Source: a virus
Lineage: Duplodnaviria; Caudoviricetes
Strand: one strand, 5' to 3'
DNA: 64,000 bases
IMG/VR virus record: IMGVR_UViG_3300008262_000055
The translations under genes were made by a program, and so were the position numbers. Below are positions 9,133 through 17,700 of the stretch, in pieces. How positions within the stretch are numbered: position 1 is the first letter of the stretch; every line of letters begins with the position of its first letter. The notes below the pieces were generated by a model. It was given only the letters and a program-made list of their open reading frames with translations. It did no database searches and had not been told where the DNA came from.

Positions 9133-10791
9133 TTATCCGCGTCTTCTAATACGTAGGCGTGGATATATGTTACCTGCAGCTGGGCGTTGATCGTAACTAA
9201 CATCTGGAAAAGCTGAGCCTTGCTGTGCTCTTTCTATTGGAAAATATAGATATCTGTTTTTACTATCTCTAAGATTGGTAAAATCTCCGTAGTTTCCGTT
9301 AGTAGTTCCTATTTGCCCTGTTTTACATTTTTCAATTAGGTAATCGTATAATTCTTCAGGAGTAAAATTAGGATATCTACTCATAATACAAGCAATTACT
9401 CCTGCTACTTGCGGCCCAGACATACTAGTTCCTGATATTGAACCTAGTTTAAAAGTAGAGTTTCTTGGATCATCAGCTAAGGTAACTCCAAATTCACTGG
9501 CCGCTGTGGAATTGTAAACTGCTGATATTATATTTTGTCCAGGAGCCCATATATCTATTCTGTCACCGTAATTACTAAAATTTGTTTTATATTCTTGCGT
9601 AGAAGTACTTAATGCTCCTACACAAATAACTCCTGCGGCTGCTCCTGGGCTAGATCCATTAGAATGGTATAATACCCCGCCATTGTCTGTAATGCTATTA
9701 TTATAATCTGGATGAGTAGGGTCGTCAGTAACGTACCAATAACTATTTCCAGCCGAAGCTACGACAATGATTCCATCATCAATAGCATCAGCAATGTCTG
9801 CCTCCATAGCAGGATATCTTGCCGGAGTTCTATAAAGAAAAGTTCCTGCAGGTACAGGAACACCGTTGTTTTCTAACACAACTCTTTTGGCCGCGGTAGT
9901 TTGTCCAACTACATTAGTTGTACTGCCGCGATATGTAACTTCGTTTATACTTGAAAGTGATATACTGCCGTAGCTATAACCCCAACTGTTATTTGTGACA
10001 GTAGGATTTCTACGTCCAGTAACTGGATTAATTGGTTTACTGTTATGCCATGCTCTAAGAAAATCAAATAGGTACAACACCCAACCTTGAGGTTGACTCC
10101 AACTAGGATAATCAAATTCCATATAATAGATATTAGACTTTCTAGCCCAGCCTTGAGTATTACCTGCTGTTGTGCCTGCGGTATGTGTTCCGTGATTACT
10201 ACTAAAGGAAGCGTAGCTATATGTTCCTAAACCACTTAATCCTACTTCTGCTTGATGTTGAAACCAATCGTATTGAATAACTCTGGTACCGCCCGAGCCG
10301 TCTTCATTACGAGCAAACTCGGGATGAGCAGGATTTATATGGGCATCAATGATCACAACATCTACATGTTCACCTGCAGAATCTGTAGATATAGCAGTTT
10401 GTAATTCGTTGAATAATCCATTAGTACCCCAATCGTTAGTTTGAATCCCGTTTACAATTCTAGCTAACCCCCAATTTTTATCAGTAGATTGAATAGCTGT
10501 GCTTTTTTCAAATTTTCCAGTCTGCTTCCAGAAGGGAGTTGGCTCCATACCAAGATCTTTGGGTAATCTAGAAACTCCCGCTACACGAGGATCATTTTTT
10601 AATAAATCTGCTTCTTGGTTGGTAAGATAGTAATGAGTATTTCTGCTAATGTGTCTTCTACTGGCTACCGTTACAGATCGATCTGGAATATATAGATCGC
10701 CGCCAGGAGTTTCCATATCGTTATAGAATTGAGGCAAGTCCTCTTTATTTTTAAGAGTTACTATATATTCGTAACGATCTATTTCAGACAT
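9133..10791 (-). CDS. Subtilisin-like serine protease (S8) with N-terminal prodomain
   Basis: VVIIDAH (Asp), NHGTHTAGT (His), VASAGNS (oxyanion Asn), SGTSMSGPQVAG (Ser). Confidence 0.9.
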   Translation of the reverse strand: MSEIDRYEYIVTLKNKEDLPQFYNDMETPGGDLYIPDRSVTVASRRHISRNTHYYLTNQEADLLKNDPRVAGVSRLPKDLGMEPTPFWKQTGKFEKSTAIQSTDKNWGLARIVNGIQTNDWGTNGLFNELQTAISTDSAGEHVDVVIIDAHINPAHPEFARNEDGSGGTRVIQYDWFQHQAEVGLSGLGTYSYASFSSNHGTHTAGTTAGNTQGWARKSNIYYMEFDYPSWSQPQGWVLYLFDFLRAWHNSKPINPVTGRRNPTVTNNSWGYSYGSISLSSINEVTYRGSTTNVVGQTTAAKRVVLENNGVPVPAGTFLYRTPARYPAMEADIADAIDDGIIVVASAGNSYWYVTDDPTHPDYNNSITDNGGVLYHSNGSSPGAAAGVICVGALSTSTQEYKTNFSNYGDRIDIWAPGQNIISAVYNSTAASEFGVTLADDPRNSTFKLGSISGTSMSGPQVAGVIACIMSRYPNFTPEELYDYLIEKCKTGQIGTTNGNYGDFTNLRDSKNRYLYFPIERAQQGSAFPDVSYDQRPAAGNIYPRLRIRRRG

Positions 10792-10792
10792 T

Positions 10793-11698
10793 TTAAACCT
10801 CTAATTTTATTAAAGATAACGTCACTGTTACAGTTCCAGTAACAGCGTCAGTATTAGTTACTCTCACATACACGTCGGTAGTAGGAACAGTTTCATCATT
10901 GAATCCAATAATACTTGGCGATATTAAAACTGGGTTGGTACCGTCAGTGATTGCTTCAGCTATAACTCCGGACCCCGGCAACGGATCGTCGGTGATTAGT
11001 CTTGAAGTATCGGCAAACCTAGCAGCCTGTGATGTATATACTCGAACCCATGCTGCTCTGTTTGTTAATATTTTTAACAATGCATAACTCTTAAATCCCA
11101 CTAAATCTAAATTTTCTGAGGCATTAGTTGCTAAACTTCCACTAGTGCCAACAGCAGTTGTTCTACTTTCCAACCCAGCACTAAGCAAATTGCCAACATC
11201 AGACAATTGATTAATGTCTGTAGGTATTTGATTATCGACGTATGTTTTTACAGCTAGTTTAGTAGCTAATGTAGAATTATCGTTGTCAACGGCAAATGTG
11301 GTATCTGTACTAATATTATCAACTAATACTCCAGAATCTAATTCTATAGAAGTAACTGATAGGACACTAGGAATAGCTGGAGTAATACCGCCAATAGTTG
11401 AACCTAATGGTAAATCTACAATACTGCCCGAAGAAGTAATTACCGCAGTCCCGATGTGTAATCCGGTTGAACTTACATAGATATTGTCCCATTTCTTACT
11501 GCTAGATCCTAGATCATGATCTTCGTCAAAATCTGGTATTAAACTCGATCCAAGAGATGTTAAGTCAACACCGGACCCACCAATACTAAGATATAACTCA
11601 GTAAAGTTATCGTTGATCTTGGCAAATATTGATTCAGTCTCTCCACCAAATTTTTCCCAAGTCAGCGGGGGTGTTATTGATATTGTTCTCTGTGCCAT
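10793..11698 (-). CDS. Putative virion structural protein (301 aa)
   Basis: FAKINDNFTELY gp9-like motif; DLGSSSKKWDNIY fibre motif. Confidence 0.65.
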   Translation of the reverse strand: MAQRTISITPPLTWEKFGGETESIFAKINDNFTELYLSIGGSGVDLTSLGSSLIPDFDEDHDLGSSSKKWDNIYVSSTGLHIGTAVITSSGSIVDLPLGSTIGGITPAIPSVLSVTSIELDSGVLVDNISTDTTFAVDNDNSTLATKLAVKTYVDNQIPTDINQLSDVGNLLSAGLESRTTAVGTSGSLATNASENLDLVGFKSYALLKILTNRAAWVRVYTSQAARFADTSRLITDDPLPGSGVIAEAITDGTNPVLISPSIIGFNDETVPTTDVYVRVTNTDAVTGTVTVTLSLIKLEV

Positions 11699-11700
11699 TC

Positions 11701-14700
11701 TTATAATCTCCCTACAGCAACTTCTATCAGGCCGATATAATCACTGTCATAGTTTTGTAATGCTTTTCCAATTATTGTACCAGGCTGAGCAACCTCGCCT
11801 GCCGAAATAGCAACACCTGATATTGAACTTGCAATTATTAAATCGCCTTTGTAAACTTTTCCTACTACTTTACATGGCACACGTCCCTGTAAAGCTACGC
11901 AAGATCTAGTTCCTTGTAATCCCTGGTTCATTGTGTATGCTGGGTTAGTAGTTACTACACCGGCTACTCTAGTAGTTCCTTGTTTGGTTGAAGCACGTAC
12001 TTCGGCATCGCCACCAAATTCTAAAACAGTTCCTGGTTCGTATTCTTTGTCTGAACTATACCACTCTGCTAAGTCGGCCCATGTGGCTTGGAAAGTAGCC
12101 CCAATATCTAAGGTAAATGTACCTTGTACAGTGGCAGCACTACTACCTCCACCTGCTTTTAATATCCCCCCAGAAATATTTAAAATGCCACCGCCACCTG
12201 TAGAATTATAGATTCTGTGTTCTTGAGCATAGTATTCTGTTCGTTTGTTAGCAGCACTATTGCCATCAACTAATACAATACCTAATCCACCGTTACCATT
12301 TCTTAGAACAGTTTTAAAAGCATTGTCGCCTGTACTTTCAATAGCTCTTTGTAATATAGTTGCAGTTGTACTGCCAATAGTTGCTCTAATACCCTTAGGA
12401 TTACTAATACTAGCAGTATCAGTGACTATAGTAATGTTGTCATTAGTTAAGATACCATTGGTAGTTATAAGGTTAGCTGAGAAATCACCGTTAGCATCTC
12501 TCTGTACTAGATCATTACTGCTGTTAGCAGAACCGTAGCCAATGGATGTGAAGCTGACGTCTGTAGGATCATTACTAAGGTCGGTTCGTACTATCACACC
12601 TTCTAACGGTACATCAAACTTAGATAATCCAAAACCGTCTCTTATAATAGTTCTAGCATCGATTGGTACAGGACTGCCTATTACGGAACCAGCAGTTGGT
12701 AAAGAACGTCTACCTAGTAGTTTAGTGCCGCCACCAGCATAGGTAGTTTCATCTGTAGCGTCATACACAGCAGGATCGATATAAGCAAGTTTGTCAAATG
12801 TAACACCCGTTGCTACACTGCTTGATGGTCTTAGTTGTAAGAAACCTGTGTTTGAAATTTGAAACTCTGTGGTCTTAGCACCGCTAAGAATACCGGGCTC
12901 TCTTACTTTAGCATTACCACTAAGCACACCAGTTAAGCCTGTAATAGGAATATCAAAAGTGTTTGTAGTAATGCTTACAGCCTTCCAGCGTTTGTTAATG
13001 CCTGACAGCGTTCCAGTAGTTTCGCCTAAGATCTCAATACTGTCATTTTCGCTAATACCATGTCCGTTAGCAGTAAATCTAGTAAAACCCGATGGAACTC
13101 CAGTAGTTGTATATGCTGTGATTGTAAATCCATCAGCAGCAGTATCGCGGATATAATTTAACTGAAGTTTATGTTGTAAAATTGCAGCATCGTAGTTTAT
13201 GTCGTCGTTGACTATAACGTTATCGTTGATAGTTGAAACAACAAACGGATCAGTCGGTGTTGTTGTGTTTAAAGTAAATGTTAACGCACCAGTCATTGTA
13301 GCATGACTAAACTGACTGTCAGTGCCAGTAAATGCTAATATGTCTGCTCTCTGTATAGCATAAGTTGGCGTACCTAATGCCGGTCTCCAATAGTCTGGAC
13401 CATCTTCTACGTTACCTAGCTTCATGAAGAACTTAGGCACAGCTTCTGTGTCACCTACAGCTCCTCTTCTTGGAGCAGGTAAGTTACGTAGAGTGTTACC
13501 GTCCATTTCGATAGTACCTTTAACTGCCAGTGAACCATCTAAAGCTAGATAACCTGGACCTCTTAGACCGTCTGTAACTCTAACACCAAAGTGATTTAAT
13601 CCTAATCGCTTGTCAATATAACTTCGAATAGCATATTCAGTTGGAACAGCCTGTGGGTCAGCCGCACCTTCGCCGCCCATAGTAATGTCGTTGGTAAATT
13701 CAAAAATTTCATTACCAGAGCGTAACTTGAGAGAGTCAATACCTTTCAAGTCGATCTTAGCATCAAGCGTAAGTTTACCAGTACCTTGGTCAACAGCAAA
13801 GAAGTCACCAACTTTAAAGTTACCGTTTTGGTCAGTACTTACATAGAATACACGACCTGTAGTTACTTCAACTACCTGTGCTTCAACGTCCGGCTCGTTA
13901 GCTGGCTCACCAAAGATATTACTTGGATAGTTAGTATCAGCATAAGAACCAGTACCAATGTCTAAGAAGTCATGACCAGTGGCTCGCATGGTTGAAATGT
14001 TAACAGTAACAGTACCTGTAGCACCTGCTCTAATACCTGCGTCAAACGATACATTTGTACCGTTGGTTTCTAATGGAGAATATGTTAATCCACCTAACAC
14101 TGTTAGGCTAGTAGCAACTCCTAGAGAACTAGAATTTACACCTAGAGTTAAATCTTCATCACTGTAAAGCTGAAGTTCCATCCTCACTGCTTTGGCTACA
14201 CCTCTTGAAATAATAGCTTCTGTAATATCTCCGCTGCCGCCTACATCATTTACTGTAATAATAATATCGTTGGTAGGAGTAGCACCACCTAGGCTAGTAC
14301 CTAAGATTCTTATAGTGTCTCCAATTTCATAGCCTGTGCCTGCCACACTAACTTGTATATTTTCGTAAACAATACTGTTAGTTCTTGTGATAATAAATGT
14401 AGCACCAACACCGCCACCAGTAGCAGGCACTACATTAGTACCTCCAATAGGTCCGTGATTAACATTGCTTACAACATTCTTAACATAATAATTAGAGCTA
14501 TTAATTTTAACTCTTCTGCCATCGGATAAGTTATGATCTGCTGTTAAGGCTAATTGAGCAGGTGAAGAACCTGTGACTGTAAAACTATATGTTCTAGAAC
14601 TTTCAATTAATGGTTGAGTAACATTTCTAAAGGTAATGATACCAAATATATTATTTGGGTCTAGATTATTAACTTCATAATCTGTGATTTCATACATAGA

Positions 14701-17700
14701 GTCCTGGAAACCAAAGATCATACCACCTGTGCCAGTAGTTGATCCATCATAGATCATAGCACCAGTAGTTGGGAATACCACACGTTTAGAATCTCTAAAA
14801 TTCAGAGCCTGGACGATTACACGATCATCACCTAGTTCTCCAAATCCCGCAGGAATATCAAACTCAGGAGTATCTTTTAAGATAGTGAGTTTAACATATT
14901 GATAGCCATCTCTAGTAGTAATAATTTGATCGTCAACCAAAGCATCAATATCATCGTACTGGTTAAAGCTCAATAATCTAATCGCTGTGCCTGTATTCTC
15001 ACTAAAGATAAGAGCAGTTGAAGGACGTACAGCAACAACTTCCTCTTTGTCTGATAGAACAAATTCTTCGTTGCTTCTAACAATTAAATTTTTACCAGGA
15101 GCAACATAAACCGCTAGGCCGGCATTGGCCGCAACAGTGCTTAACTGTAATTGTGCTACACCTGTAGGAAGACCTGATATAGTAACAGTTTCGACAACAT
15201 ATGATCTTTGACCAATAGTTGTTAAAGTATAAATTGTGCCATCGCCGTTGCCTGTGTTGGCTGCTGTAAATTTATCGCCTACGGCATACACTATAGCACT
15301 AGTTCCAGCCGCAGCATTCCAATCTGTAGTTCCTAACGTTGCAATTTCATATTCAGTGCCTACCTGTAAAGAGGTAGCAGGATTAATAGTATCGGTTCTA
15401 TCACCGGTATGATCTATGTCAACAATACATCCTGCTCTAGGTAGATATGAATAATTAGTTACCCAGATAGTATCGCCATTCCTTACATTTTCGATTTCTA
15501 AAGCTACATTTTCATAGGCCTGTGCTATCTGTATCATTGGGAATTTCAATACTACAGAATCTGGTATTTCGTTAGGATCAGCACCTTCAGCTTTAAGACC
15601 AAATACTCCGTGAGCTGATGAACCGTTCAGTGATCGAATCTGAGCTCCGTTGAGAGAATAGAAGGCTGTGTAGCAATAGTAAGTAAACACAGACACTTGC
15701 TCAGATAAACCGTTATTGGTACAGAAGATACCATACCCCATGTCGTTAACTTGAGTAAAGTCATTGCCCAACATAGACTTATTACCAGCTGTGCTGAGTA
15801 CTACTTTACCGGTAACGTTTTCTAAGAACTCCAATACAGCAGTCTTGATTGTTTCTTTAGCAGCAATTACTTCAGTTCTAGCTGCTAACTTATTAGCATC
15901 TTGACCTATAATAGTTGGTAATACTTCTGTAACCGGTGTGTCATAGTCGTCATCGGCAACATAGTCGATTAAGATATCTGTGAGGTTTTGTAAAGTAGTT
16001 CCCTCTGTGGCAGTAGCTGCAGGATTGCTAGTATCTTGTGTTAAGGTGTTACTAGATGATTTAGTCCATGAAACGGTATCGTTTTGTACAACATAGAATA
16101 ACACTGTTCTTAATCTTGTGAAAGCAGACGCCGTAATTACTTCTTGATCTGGTACAAAACTTTCTCCATCTCTATAATATGTTTCACCATTGTTTTTAGT
16201 CTGACTATTGCCACCGTAAAGCAAATCGTAGATCATACCATCTAATAGATAAGCTACGTCACGAGCACACTTGGCTGTGTCATATTCAAAACTAGGATTA
16301 GTATCAGTTACGTATGCGACTATTTCTGTCTTAATAAAATCTCTATTGGCCACTAACACATCAACTGCTTTGGCTTTATTAGAACCAACTGATACACTTG
16401 CCGGTAACGGGTATGTTACTGTGGGAGCAGCACCAACACCATTTCTTATTATGTTTCGAATTATTTCAAATCTATCTGAATAAGCACTTCTAGCTGCCGA
16501 ATAGATACCTTCTGGAATTAATGCCAACGCTTCAACTTCTGCTTTGGTAATGCCGTTGATAGTAGGTTGTTTCTGTTCGTCAATAACCACGCTGGAATAT
16601 GATCTTAGATATGATAGACCGGCTTTAACTGATTGATAGTTAGATCCTAATACCATATCGTAGTTAACAGCATCTAAGATTAGGCCAACGTCTCGAGCAC
16701 ACTTGGCTTGATTAAACAAACCGTTACCGTAATACGGACTGTCTAATACACACTCGTATTGAGGATATATTCCAGGCACGCCAGCTGTTTCACCACTAAT
16801 TAGTGTAGTGATATAATCTCTACCAGCGTTAATTGCTGCCTCAACACCAGAGTCAGTGATATCAATAACCACTAGTTCAGGATCAGTGACTTGATAGTAT
16901 TCTAAGGTGTGGGTTGTACCGCTGCCTGTGCCAACAATGTTTAATTCAATTGATGTACTAACACCTTTTTCTTTTGCAATTAACAGAGGTAAGTTTTCTA
17001 CAAGTTGAACATTGTCACCATCAACTACGTATACATAAAAAACAAGATCGTTTAAGTCGGTAATTGGATCACCATTCTCGTCGTCGAGGTTATCCACAAC
17101 AATAGAATTACCGCCACCGCTGCTGTATTTTATTCTAGATCCACTTTTGAATCCGTGATCTAAAATTGTAATAGTATTAGCTGTTAAATCAATGTTTGAG
17201 CTAGGATTAAAAGACTTAGTAGTTCTAACTAATCCACCTAACAATTCATTTTTAACAATCTTGTTAGCTAATAAAGCAGCATATTCAATACCGTCGATTG
17301 TTTCTGCTAACTGACTGGTTGGCCCAGAGTCGGGAATAATTCTTCCGCCTTGTTTATAATAAGCATAACCTGCTCTAACAGTATTATTGAAATCACCAAA
17401 AATATCTATAGACCATGCGTCTACAATATATCCAACATCTCTATAACAGGTATCTCTATCGTAATTTAGTGTAGGATAAATTGCATCTAGGTATGCGATT
17501 GTTTCAGCTTGTATAATTTCTTTGTTTGTTTGTAATAGATCTTTGGCCTTATAAATTGTTTCGCCAAATTCTACAATATTAGCAATAAGATCAAACGCAG
17601 CTTCTACTTCAGTCTGTGCGTCGCCGCCGTTTGGATAAGCTGGTAAAAATATTTGATCTACAGTACCAACACGTTCATAGTCTGGATCTTGTGTAATAAC

